Positions 50,498 through 62,975 of a stretch of 64,000 nucleotides of DNA are shown here, piece by piece (the stretch's first letter is position 1; each line of letters starts with the position of its first letter). The translations under genes were made by a program, and so were the position numbers. The notes beneath the pieces are model-generated. The model was not told the origin of the DNA, made no database searches, and saw nothing but the letters and a program-made list of their open reading frames with translations. The stretch covers positions 28,086,001-28,150,000 of the forward strand of contig NC_043017.1 of NCBI RefSeq assembly GCF_006345805.1. Reading direction: 5' to 3'. The DNA comes from Octopus sinensis (taxonomy: Eukaryota).

Positions 50498-51456
50498 AGA
50501 ATCTCGAATATAAATACACTGTACAACTATAATAAAATATTTCTTTAGTTGTGTTTCTGCAAACGGTACTTTGACAGTGCGTGTGAAAGCTTCTAACCAG
50601 AGATTGGCCTGTTAGAAACCTCGAACTGAAGATGTTTAAATTGACGACCGTTGTGCAATATAGTTTAAATCAATCGCCCAATATATCTCTTAGCTAATCT
50701 CTTTCTTGTTGAGGAAAAGTCAGTCTATCACGCTCTAATTTTCTGTGTTATCTTCCATCAAGTACTTGGTGTTTCAGCTTAGTATACAACGAAGAAATAT
50801 TTACAATTCTATAAGAGGTGAAATTTTAAGTTAATTATTCTGGGATTTGAATTTTCACTCTGATGCCAGGGGAATTGAAGAGCTTAATGTGCGACGGGAT
50901 TGAATAAATAGCAGGCGGTAATTCCCAGAACCAAACACTTAACGAGCAAATTCTAGTTGCTGATTTCAACACATTCTCTTATTTCCACACCTCATTATAT
51001 CTGTACAGAAAACAATCAACTATCAAACCAAATTATTAAGTATCCGATATATTTAGAGAAAGTTAACACAATCAACTTCTATTCTCTATAGTTGTTCGAG
51101 AGATGTTATAATTTTCTAGATTAGGAAAACTTTTATACATTTCACACAAATATTTCAATAATTGACTGCATCGATATGATTGCATTAAGATACGCTTTGT
51201 TTTCTTTAATCTAAAGAATATTTTTAGTAGTTATCATCCTTTAATTTAATACTTTACACAGAGACAAAAGAATTACTCTTAAGATAAATGGATATATAAT
51301 ATATAATTCTGAAGTTTTCTATTGTTTGTCAGTTACGTTTTTTATCTTCCCCTGTTTTTTGTTTGATAGCAGAAATATATCATCATTAGACCAAGCTGTC
51401 TGTCCAGCATCTACCACATCAAACTTTTGTTATATTTCAATATAAAATCATACACA

Positions 51457-52310
51457 GGCGGCGAGCTGGCTCAAAGCTTACTGACATCTTGTCAGTTTTA
51501 CGTTCTGTGTTCAAATCCCGCCGAGGTCGACTTTGCCTTTTATACTTTCGACTTTGCCTTTTATACTTTTATACACACCGGGGTCGATGTAATCGACTTA
51601 ATTCGTTTGTCTGTCCTTGTTTGTCCTCTCTGTGTTTAGCCCCTTGTGGGTAGTAAAGACATAGGTTTTTCATCTGTCTTTACGTTCTGAGTTCAAATTC
51701 CGCCGAGGTCGACTTTGCCTTTCATCCTTTCGGGGTTGATAAATTAAGTACCAGTTACACACTGGAGTCGATGTAATCGACTTAATTCGTTTGTCTGTTC
51801 TTGTTTGTCCTCTCTGTGTTTAGCCCCTTGTGGGTAGTAAAGAAATAGGTATTTCATCTGTCTTTATGTTTCTGAGTTCAAATTCCGCCGAGGTCGACTT
51901 TGCCTTTCATCCTTTCGGCGTTGATAAATTAAGTACCAGTTACGCACTGGGGTCGATTGTAATCGACTTAATCCGTTTGTCTGTCCTTGTTTGTCCTCTC
52001 TGTGTTTAGTCCCCGGTGGGTAGTAAAGAAACACATATCATCATTAGACCAAGCTGATTGTCCAGCATCTACCACATCAAACTTTTGTTATATTTCAATA
52101 TAAAATCATACAAAGGCGGCGAGCTGGTTCAATGCTTACTGACATCTTGTCGGTCTTTATGTTCTGGGTTCAAATTCCGCCGAGGTCGAATTTGCTTTCA
52201 TCATTTTGGGGTCGATAAATTAAGTACCAGTTTAACACTGAGGTCGATGTAGTCGACTTATCCTCGACCCTGAAATTTTTGGCCTTGTGCCAAAAGTTGA
52301 AACGGATATT
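51457..52310 (+). mobile_element. SINE family B multimer (3 units) followed by a duplicated flank and a second head with tail 2
   Basis: Units start at about 51665 and 51849 (184-bp period). Unique flank 51377-51456 is repeated at 52035-52114. Confidence 0.85.
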
Positions 52311-52371
52311 AAATTATGCAAACACACACACATGTGTGTCTGTGTTTGTGTACAGGAGTCACAAAAGTGAT

Positions 52372-52550
52372 GCAGTCATGATGGTAAGATTGGGGTTTCG
52401 ATTCCTGAACCAGGTGACGCGGTGTGTTCTTCAGCGAAACACTTCGCTTCACAATATTCCAGTCCACTCAGCCGGTAAAAATGAGTAATCTTGCCACAGA
52501 CCGGCACCCGTTTCAGGAGGCACGTAACAGAAGCCGGTACACCAGCTTTA
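52372..52550 (+). mobile_element. Degenerate SINE family D
   Basis: GGTAAGATTGGGGTTTCGATTCCTGAACC..CCAGTCCACTCAGCCGGTAAAAATGAGT. Confidence 0.6.
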
Positions 52551-52613
52551 TGAGCCTGTCTTGTGAAGGACTTTAATCGCTTTTATATACATACAAGCTC
52601 TCTCATTTGCTCG

Positions 52614-52645
<32 letters not shown>

Positions 52646-52725
52646 TACCCACACAAACACAAATATGATATTTGTTCTACTTTTAATATTGAACCGCTAC
52701 CTCAGCAAAAATCTGTTATTTCTTG

Positions 52726-52776
<51 letters not shown>

Positions 52777-53589
52777 AATGATATTTCGTTTGCAAGATTC
52801 TTTATTTGAGTTCGTGTGTTGAAGCATATTCTGTTGTATCTGAGGAGTCATTTTCTTTTTGTGCCTTATAATTTAACACACTCACCGGTAAAATGTCCAC
52901 TTATTTCTTATTTTAATAGTCAAGACTATTATTGAAAAGGTTGCAAGACGCAACGAAAATTTTAGGAAAAGTTCATAAGTAAATGAGTGGAAACTTTACT
53001 GGTGAATGTGTTAGATTATAAGGTACAAAAAGAAAATTACTCTCCCCAGACACAACAGTATATGATATTTGTTCTACATTTAATACTCAACCACCACCTC
53101 AGGAAAAATCTGTTTTTTTTTTTTTGCTCCCAACAGCAGTAGAATTTCTAACACTTTAGTGACAAATCCGACTTTATTTCGTTCTCGTTCCCATAGGGTT
53201 CCGTATTTATTAAATAGTTTCTTACATTCAAACATGGGTTTCTCGGGGTTATTTAGTTATTGTTGAAAATTTCTATATTTCATTGATTGGAATTTTATTT
53301 TATTTATTGAATTATATTTTATTTATTGAAAAGTTTTATATTTTATTGATTGGTTTGTTTGGAATTTTGTGTCCCATTGAAACTGAATAATTTATAACGT
53401 ATATATCTTTCGAATTATTCCTTGGAGAACGTATCCATATTAAGAGTCAAAATTGTTTTCTGAGTGTAGCGACCGGCATACCAAAGAATAGACAACGTTT
53501 CCTCTGCCTGTCTGAAATAGTAACTGAGAGAGGTTGAGGTAGTATTTGCACCCCGAACTTGTAAAACTCTCACCAGATGATTTCACGTT

Positions 53590-53925
53590 CGAACTTATTC
53601 CGTGGAACCTTGGACAAATGTCTTCTATTGTAGCTACGTACCGTTTTAAGTCCTTGTGTGTGGATTTAGTAGACGGAATCTGAAAGTATCTCGTTGTAAT
53701 ATACCTTCATGTGTGAGCCTTGCCTCAAGGTTTGAATCCACCTCAACCTCACCGCTTGAAAACCTGCGTTGGTTTGTTTAAATCCCCGTTACTTAGCGGT
53801 TCGGCCTAAGGCACCGATAGAATAAGTACTGGACTTTTTAAAATCATGAAGTACTTTGATCGGATTGTTCATCAAAATCTCTTCAAAATGGTACTCCAGC
53901 GTAGCTTGCCGTCACGTTACTAACA
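53590..53925 (+). mobile_element. Old degenerate SINE family A
   Basis: GGATTTAGTAGACGGAATCTGAAAG and CTTAGCGGTTCGGCCTAAGGCACCGATAGAATAAGTACTGG. Confidence 0.65.
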
Positions 53926-54221
53926 AGTAAAATATATCGAATGTCAGATTAAGTAATATATACGGAATGTCAGATTCAGAAATTCTTAACACCAATCCTG
54001 ATTGTCATACCTCAAGTTAATACAAAATATTCTTCCAAGAATTTCAGAATTCTTCCTAGAATTCCCCAAAATTAATCGTATTAAGGATGGAAAATTGAAA
54101 ACAGACAATATACAGAGCATGCTTCTTTGACGTGGGAAATATAAGAAATGTAAACTACTTCATGTGTATGATGCGGAAATCAGAGGATCATATCTACATT
54201 TCCTTGCTGTTTACGTACATA

Positions 54222-54741
54222 CCGTAAATCCTCGAGTATAATCCGCATTTTTTGCCCAAAATTTAAAGGTCAAAATCCCTGGTGTGTATTATATACGAGG
54301 TTAAAAATGAAAAAAATATTTTCTAAGCAATGTCCGAGTCTCTATTTGCTGTCTGGCAATGTTTATTCAGACGCATTTTGTGATGTCGGGCGTGAAAATA
54401 CCTTAAGCTAAGTCTGAAAGCAATGAAGTCATAAAAGAATCATCCATAACTTGCAGTAAGCAACATTTATTTAAATAAAAGTATTCAGAACACGGAATAA
54501 AATATAACAAAAACAATTTGCAAACATTTCACATTTCCATATAACAGTTAAGAACATCAATATTGTATTACGCATGCGCGGAAGTGTTTGTTCGACTAGT
54601 TGCTGCTGGCTTAATTACGCACGACTCAAGTTAGATAAATGGTGCGTATTATACACAAGGTTTAGGTTTTTCAGAGGTATAACCCTCTAAAAATCCCCTG
54701 CATATTATACTCAAGGGCGGACTATACTCGAAGATTTACGG
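54222..54741. mobile_element. Tc1/pogo (Tigger-type) MITE
   Basis: 25-bp TIRs CCGTAAATCCTCGAGTATAATCCGC and GCGGACTATACTCGAAGATTTACGG (2 mismatches), TA at the left flank, repeated subterminal TG(C/T)(G/A)TATTATA motifs, no ORF. Confidence 0.85.
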
Positions 54742-55060
54742 TTACTGTGTAGTTCTATGGACATTAATATTATATCTGTAATAAGCGTCTTTATTTTCAG
54801 GCATGGTGTATATATGTTTTCGTTTTCCCACATTTCGGAGATTGCCAATAAATTCTGTTTCAGCCCCGGATATTTGTAATTCATGTCTCAGGTTTATTAT
54901 TTATATATTTATATATTATTTATATATATATTTATATATTATTTATATATGATAATGGTATCTTACTGAAAACAAACTAAGTCACTGACCGCTGAAGTAG
55001 TTGAATTTGGCTGACATTTTGCAAAATTCTATTACGTTTGTTTTTCTCAAATACTTGCAG

Positions 55061-55236
55061 GCCTGCTCCGGTTACAGCGTGTCATTAAGGCTCCGCTTGG
55101 TCACGACGCCCACATCTCAATCCGTCAAGTTGATGATAGAAACATGAGACAAGTTTTGCGAGAAGCAAAGGACAGTAAATGGAAGAATTTCATAATAGAT
55201 CTATCAGTGGAAAAGTCAGCAATGTTTCTCAGAATG
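55061..55236 (+). CDS. GRIK-like: Kainate-type iGluR ATD exon (176 nt, phase 1 to phase 0)
   Basis: Acceptor tacttgcag|, donor ATG|gtaaat. The upstream G plus GC completes Gly, then LLRLQRVIKAPLGHDAHISIRQVDDRNMRQVLREAKDSKWKNFIIDLSVEKSAMFLRM, comparable to GLIRLQELIKAP in vertebrate GluK2. Phase matches the previous exon. It is absent from the ORF track because it lacks a start codon and is short. Confidence 0.93.
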
Positions 55237-55369
55237 GTAAATATGCGTATTCTTTACTATTTCTTAAACGATTATATCATGCAATGATGAGGTTAAAGTG
55301 GTTATTACGGCCAGAACCTATAAGGCCTACTAGTTATGCTTCTGCAATGCGACCATAATTGAATATGAA

Positions 55370-55391
55370 TGTGTGTGTGTACGTGTGTGCT

Positions 55392-55423
<32 letters not shown>

Positions 55424-56300
55424 GTGTGTGTGATGGGTATACGTTTACATGTGTGTACATACGTGTGTGTTTGTGTAGATGATCCGTATGCGTTTACATA
55501 TGTGTGTGTTACGTGTGTGTTTGTTTATATGATGCGTATGCCTTTACATATGTGTGTGCATATGTTTTTGTATATGATAAGTATGAGTGTATGCAAGTGT
55601 GTGTGTATATGTGTGTTTGTGTATATGATGCGTATGCGTTTACGTAAGTGTGTGTCTACGTGTGTATTTGTGTATATGATGCGTGTGCGTTTATGCAAGT
55701 GTGTGTGTTCGTGTATATGATATTTATGCGTTTACATAAGTGTATGTATACGTGTGTGTTTATGTATATGATGTGTATGCCTTTACATGTGTGTGTGTGT
55801 GCATATTTGTGTATATGATATGTATGCGTTTACATAAGTGTGTGTATACGTGTGTGCGTATATAATGCGTATGCGTTTACGTAAGTGTATGGATACGTGT
55901 GTGCGTATATGATACGTATGCATTTACATAAGTGTTTTTATACGTGTGTTTCTGTATATGATGCGTATGCCTTTACATATGTGTGCATGTGAGTGTGGCT
56001 ATGATATATGTATACATATACACACATATATAGATGTGTGTGTGTGTGTGTAAAATCATATAGATATAGATGCATGCCTATACGCATATGCGTGTATATG
56101 CAGAAACGAAATTATATATTTCAATATATATATTTGTGTACATATATATATGGTCTATGTTTATGTATATATGGTCTATGTACATGTATATATGATCTAT
56201 GTTTCTTCCTCCAATGTATGTTTGTATATATGTTTGTATATGTGTCTGTGTGCGTGCCTGCCGGCCTATGCATATGTGTGAATGTGTATCCGTGTGTATG
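55370..56300. repeat. TG-rich minisatellite (variable unit containing TATATGATGCGTATGC(G/C)TTTACATA)
   Basis: About ten recurrences between 55480 and 55980, starting about 130 bp after the exon donor. Confidence 0.8.
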
Positions 56301-58469
56301 TAAGAGAAATATTTTATCGTAATTCGTCTTTGTTTTGTGAAATGACAAAAATATATTCAAAGAGATTTCTCCCTGAAAGCATCAGTATCACTTTGGCATC
56401 AAAAGTTCTTAACTTATGACGTATGAGTGATTTATAATAGTTACGTCATAATCGATATTTTTTTTTCCTGTTTTTATTTTCTTCATTTTCTCTATATAGC
56501 ATTTGTGGGCGTTATGATATATAGTGGATTTACGCCAATAACACAACATACAGAGCTTCTTGAGATGATTTAATAGCTTCTCCGAAACGATCTTGGTTCC
56601 AGATTTAAATTCAGACGAGTTTAAGATTTGCTTTCGTTTGTCTAGGGTCGATAAATCACATTAATATAATGAGATTTGTTCTATCAATGATGCACAGTCC
56701 TAGACAAAACTTGCCCTCATTCTTTTGTCAACTTTAAGTTATATTGGTATTATCTAACAAAGCACTGGATGTTTAGTTTAGTTTCGTTTCTGAAATCAAA
56801 CACTCTTTAATCCCTTTGCGCCATACCCGTATCATTCTCCACTATTTGGTAAATTCCAAGCATTCCGTCCCAGAATATCTACTTTCATTATTTTGTTTCC
56901 CTGTCTGTTTTTTCTTGTTTATTAATCATATTAGTTTTATCGGCTTGAGTGCTTAGCAAACCTCATGGACACACATTTTTTTTCCTCCCGACCAAAACAA
57001 CTAAATATGTTTTTAATGTTTTGGAATGTAAATAGTTTTGAAAGAGACGAGGATAAAAGTTATGTACGTAAGAGACAATATTATAACAGACATTGATTTC
57101 CTTTCTCACAGACTCCAGTTCTCTTCGTCTTCATGTTTAAAAAGCATTTACTACTTTGATTTCATAAGTAGAGGAAGGGACACAAGCATTAGGAATTATA
57201 ACTTCTCCTTATAACTTCTAATCAAATACAGAATAATTCAATACTTAAGAGTAACTGAACGATCAATCCTGAGGCAAATCCATGTTGATTCTATACAAAT
57301 GATAAAGAACATGTTTCGGTTTCTCGGGCTACGGTAGCCTATGACAGCATTTTTTGAAGCAGTTTCACTGAACCTTGTTTAAGGCTTTGTGTGAGGAAGG
57401 CTACAACCTGTGAGTTCCTTTTTGAAGAACATCTCGGAATACATAAAGAAATAGAGGAAGGACTACAGCTCACAGTGTATGCGTAGAGAGTTCTTACTCC
57501 TTCAACAAATAGCATCTAAGAACCAAATAATGGTGTTGAAATTGTGGTGATTAAGTCTACTCACACGCTGGGGAGAGGAAAGAAATTAAGGAAAGAAAAC
57601 CAATTTCATTCCTTCCTATCTATGAAGTATAACATCTTATATCGACACAATGTAGACAAATATGGTACAAGAAAGTGAACGTTGTCGAGAATTAAAGGAT
57701 CATATAGAGATTTGTGGCCAACAACTTAATTCGATTCCTTTTTATATAATTGGCATCTTTACATGTGCATATAATCCAGTGTTTGATGGCCTAATTATCA
57801 CATCACACATTATCAACCCTAAATCGTATCACAGGCGACCATCTGCTACATACAATCAATGTATCACAATATATTAATATAAATTTGCAATTCTATGGGT
57901 GAGGTAGTACTTGAAACGGTTGGATGCTATACTAAGTGCATTACTATAATTAGTTATGCGCCTCTGCTTTCTTGTCCCAAATCTGCTAAACCCAAATTTG
58001 TCTTCCATATTACAAGATCAATAAAGTAATTTAATTACTGCCGTTGATCCAGTTGGATATGATATCTTCTAAATTAAGTTTGCCTGAAGCGGGGTCGTTA
58101 ACATCTTTATAAGGTTTGTTCAATGGACTATTTCGTAAGAAGTTGAGATTCTTATTTTTCTAATTACAGCGAGATTTGTGAAATGAAAGGAAATAACGTT
58201 TTGCAAAACTGGACATTTCACGATCCGAATTGCGGACGAGAGGGCAACTAATTTGTATTTATTCTAGTATTGTCCCTTATTCAAACAACCTTTACAATTG
58301 AGTAGTGGGGTTCTGTTTAGGTTTAAGTATTTTAAAGGAAAACATTTTTATAATTTTTTTTGATCTGGAGAAAGGGAACTTGCATATGGTTTTTGCTAGG
58401 CTCTTAGAGACTGAAATAGTCCTGTCGCTAAACAAAGCTACCAAAAGAAAATAAAAAGGAAAACATAGA

Positions 58470-58655
58470 CTTGTCCCCCTAGCATTGCTTGACAACCGAT
58501 GCTGGTGTGTTTATGTCCCCGTCACTTAGCGGTTCGGCAAAAGAGACCGATAGAATAAATACTGGGCTTACAAAGAATAAGTCCCGGGGTTGATTTGCTC
58601 GACTAAAGGCGGTGCTCCAGCATGGCCGCAGTCAAATGACTGAAACACGTAAAAT
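58470..58655 (+). mobile_element. SINE family A, 3' half
   Basis: TTGTCCCCCTAGCATTGCTTGACAACCGATGC..GCAGTCAAATGACTGAAAC. Confidence 0.85.
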
Positions 58656-61099
58656 AAAAAAATTAAAATTAAAATTTAAAAAATGAAAAAAGAAAGATTT
58701 CAAGAGGTTCATTGTTCCGGAAAAAGGGTGGAAAATGAGTAACATGGGCGTTGAAATGTGGGAGTTAAGCAACTAGGAGTTCTTGATTTGTGCGACATAA
58801 ACATAGATTAGCCGATGTTCATTTCAAAGTTAGGTAGAAGGCCACAAATACTTTTAAGGTGTGACAATGAAGGCCACTAATCCGTCACTGTTGTTTGGAT
58901 GATACTTTATCTTAATGCTCATGGAAGAATGAAAATCAGAAGTTAATTTCAGTGGGATATGAAATCGGAATGTGAAGAGCCGTAAATAAATACTGCAAAT
59001 TTAACTTGCAGCTTCTATTGCTGTGTGTTACGCAAGCTTCACAGGGGGTTCCATCATTTCCACATTCGTTGCACATGCTGCTTCGGAGTCGTTACCTGTT
59101 CCAACATGAAGTATGCTCTTTTATTTAGGAGCATCGTCCACGTTGTGTAGACAAGGGATTCATGATATCTCCATGGGTATTATCTAGTCACTGCTCTTGC
59201 AAGATCTGACCTTGGTATGTATCCATTGCTTTCCGGTGATAAAATCATTAAGTGAAGCGCTAGTTACAGTAGGATGCTCTGCATTTCTCTCTATCTCTCT
59301 CTTAAATGGCAACCATAACAGCGATAAGTGATATACATTGTAATTCGTACGTGAAAACAAAAACGCCATGAACTAATAAAGAAACACAGTAGAATGACTG
59401 TAGCCCTAGTAAAATACAGGGGATCTTTGAGGATCACAAATGAATATATTGGGCAGACTGGTCCATTTAGGCTTGATCTATGAATGTCGACTACAGCAAA
59501 TAGAGGCTATAAATATTTGTATCACTTATACCATGTTTCACTATCGATATATGTCCTCAGTCGCAGAACATTGATTTCTGATATTAGCACACAGTCATAT
59601 GATATTGGTTGGTTGGTGGAAGAGCGTTGTACATGATTTAACTGTCACGACTAATGAATGTCGATATTTACGATTATCAGTCGGGTAAAGATGAAAGAAA
59701 TAGTTGACCGGAGCAGGAATTGAAACTAGAAAGGAAATAGCGTTACTAAATACTGCAAGCTATTGTCTGTCGCTGTAATAATTCTGGCAGTCTATGCCGC
59801 ATCTTGAGGAAAATGCTGATTTATAACTTTGGCACAAAGGTTAGAGATTATATGCAATGACACATTCTGGTAAATCAATCCTAGTATATAGCAGATGTTT
59901 ATCTTGCTGATCCAGAAGAGATCATTGGTTTAGTATAAATTTAACTACCATTGACACAGGCCTTGTCGGTTGAATCGAACAACCATAGATACTCAAAACA
60001 ATTAATTATATTATTAAATCTCAAAGTGACTTATTATGGCGTTTCTGTTGTTGCTTAGATCCAGATCAGTGCAATAATCCTTCCGACAAAAGATCGAAAT
60101 CGTTCCATTGACGATAATCCCTTCTTAATTTTACGGACAAAATATTCCTAGAATCTTTTAAATTTATTCAGGTTTTTCTTAACTTTTAAAGACAGAAATG
60201 CATGAATATAGGGAAATTTGTTGCTATGATCAAACTGATCAACGATCAAAATCATTCGAATCGAATCTTTGTATTTGACGCATTTTATCTAGGATATCAT
60301 CATTCGAGCCGTCCTTCCAGTTTTAAATGACAGAGCTCTATGACTTGATCGAAATTTAGTTCCTATTTCTAGCATATTGCACGACTATGTAGAGGGACAT
60401 TTAATGACTTGCAATAAAAGCACTTCAGTCACATTGCATTTCACTAATATATCAAGCTATATTTTGGGAAAGAACACCAAACTCTCCTCCTATCCTCACG
60501 CAAACAGAAAGCTTGAACATCATATATGGAAACCTTTCTGATCTCTGTCTTTGTTCATCCCTAAAATATATATTTTGTTCTATACACTAATATATTAGGA
60601 GCCTCAGTTACGTGAGGGGCGTATACTGAGTTGTAAACATAATTTTTGCTTGGAATAACAACGTCACCGAGTTATTGAATACCATTCACTGAATCTACAC
60701 TATTGCCATCATTGGCACCGAATAACTTTATATTTGATGCTTCGTCTTGCGCTGCACCAGCCGAGGAGTTTTCAGTTCTTCCCACCACTAATTTTACAAG
60801 GCCAGCGATAAAGCCGTGGATTTCAAATTTCACTATTAAACTTAGCGTTAAAAAATAGACTTCTACAATATCCGTGTGCGGAGAAATCAAGCGTTAGGGT
60901 TAATACAGCTGAAAAAAATAATAGAAAAAGATTAGGGGAGCAAAAAACATATTTTCGTAGTTCCAGAGACATTGGTCGAACGACTTCAAAATCCTGAACA
61001 CGTATAACAAAGGGAATGTTTTACAACACTGAAAATGCGATGTATTTGGTGTGAAGAGACGGAAGACTAATTCAAAGTTATAGTCAGTCCATTAGATCG

Positions 61100-61580
61100 A
61101 TTAGGAGGCCAGTCGATTAGATCAACTCCAGTATGCAACTGGTGCTTAATTTATCGATTCCGAAAGGATGAACGGCAAAGTCGATCTCAGCGGAATTTGA
61201 ATTCAGAACGTAAAGATGAACTACCTATTTCCTTACTACCCACAAGGGGCTAAACACAGAGAGGACAAACAAGGTCAGACAAACGGATTAAGTCGATTCC
61301 ATCGTCCCCAGTGCGTAACTAGTACTTATTTAATCGACCCGGAAAGGATGAAAGGCAAAGTCGACCTCGGCGGATCTTGTCTGTCCTTGTTTGTCCTCTC
61401 TGTGTTTAGCCCCTTGTGGGTAGTAAAGATACAGGTATTTCGTCTGCCGTTACGTTCTGAGTTCAAATTCCACCGAGGCCTTTCTGGGTAGATAAATTAA
61501 GTATCAGTTGCATACTGGATCGATCCAATCGACTGGCACCCTCCACCAAAATTTCGGACCTTCTGCCTAGAGTAGAAAAG
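61100..61580. mobile_element. Two 5'-truncated SINE B multimers head-to-head (61100-61373 minus; 61378-61580 plus)
   Basis: Each arm has tail 1 followed by core and a GTTGCATACTGG..GATC.AATCGACTGGC tail. Confidence 0.8.
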
Positions 61581-61937
61581 AATATTATAGACATACAAAT
61601 ATTCATTGTAAGGAGTGGATGATCTACAAGTTCAAGCCACTTTAGCTTGGCCCATTTTTTCGCTGTTTCGTTTTACCTTATATATATATATATATGTATA
61701 TATACTTTATTTTCTGCTGCTTAAAATAAAGCATATTACTCTACCACTGGTATTTGAGTACTCTTTTTTCCACCTTGTTTCACATTTATGTGTTTACTCC
61801 GGTATATGTATATATATATATATGTGTGTGTGTGTGCATGGAAGAAAGTATGTATGTGTATATATATGTGTGTGTATTTATTGTTATACAGTTACATTGT
61901 GATATGGTATTATATTTTCATATATGATGTTTTACAG

Positions 61938-61991
61938 GCATTACAAGAAGGAATGGTAGATCCATACCATCATTATATTTTAACAACTTTG
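61938..61991 (+). CDS. GRIK-like: Kainate-type iGluR ATD 54-nt exon (phase 0 to phase 0)
   Basis: Acceptor ttttacag|, donor TTG|gtgagt. Encodes ALQEGMVDPYHHYILTTL, comparable to GluK2 ALAMGMMTEYYHYIFTTL. Confidence 0.92.
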
Positions 61992-62256
61992 GTGAGTACA
62001 TTCTTCATATTTCCCTTCTAAGACGTTCCCTGTCATTTGATACATACACACACACGTGTGTGTGTGCGTATGTATGCTTGCATGTATGTTCATGTGCGTA
62101 TGAGAGACCGAGTGTGTGATGGTATATTCTGGTAAAGTCTATTCTGGCGATGCATTGAGTATCTGATTGTCGTCGATATATTAGTATGCAATAACGGAAT
62201 GGTGATCAATACCGTCGTAGCGGACGGTTATATATATATATTACACATATATATAT

Positions 62257-62700
62257 CACCGTGATCACCGTGACCGACCAGGCTATCAGCAATGCATCAA
62301 TCCTGTCAGGGAGGATATAAACAAGTGCTCATCAAATAGACATTTTCACAAATATAAGAAACCACGGAAAATGTGAGATACATATGTATGTGTGTGCATA
62401 TGCACACACTAACACACTCAAACATAGACGCATATATATATGTAGCTATCAGATGTTGCTTCGCATTGCTTTAGCCTTCAAATGACGCCACCCCGCTGGC
62501 TAACCGAGCAGGCCAACAGAAGAAAGAGTGAGAGAAAGTTGTAGCGAAAGAGTACAGCAGGAATCGCCACTACCCTCTGCAGGAGACTCATGGAGCTTTA
62601 GTTGTTTTCGCTCAAAAAACACTCACAACGCCCGGTCTGGGATTCGAAACCGCAATCCTTCGACCGCGAGTCCGCTGCCCTAACCACTAGGCCATTGCGC

Positions 62701-62702
<2 letters not shown>
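62257..62702 (-). mobile_element. SINE family C (tail iii) interrupted by a 155-bp insert
   Basis: Homologous to 21730-22029. The insert at 62290-62444 lies between two copies of GCTATCAG. Confidence 0.85.
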
Positions 62703-62734
<32 letters not shown>

Positions 62735-62737
<3 letters not shown>

Positions 62738-62975
62738 GCATATAGGCGGCCACTCAGTGTCATCCCTCTTATATGTCGCGTGTGTACCGTTGGCGATTTT
62801 TCCCTCCGTCTTCCCTTCTTTGGATCTTTCCTTTTCCTATGTTTCTGACGAAGAGCTCCGCTCGTAACGTTAGACCCTCCTTCTTTCCTTCCTTCCTGAG
62901 CGTCCAATAATACTATACTTGTTCCAAGTCCTCGCGTTGTTGTGTTTTCTCTTTGTGTTTTCTTGTTTGGATTAA
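62735..62975 (+). mobile_element. Hammerhead-bearing repeat (same family as about 43607-43815 and 44700-44900)
   Basis: Shares CCGTCTTCC..CTGA(T/C)GAAGAGCTCCGCTCG..TCCTGAGCGTCCA..CCTCGCGTTG, with TA-rich sequence on either side. Confidence 0.75.

Noticed and set aside
6093-56360. Dozens of Y/I/H/T/M/C/V-rich ORFs (for example at 6350, 7974, 24143, 33428, 34902, 42250)
   Set aside because: They are translations of (TA)/(TG)/(CA) microsatellites, which lack stop codons in most frames. They have no splice or domain support.
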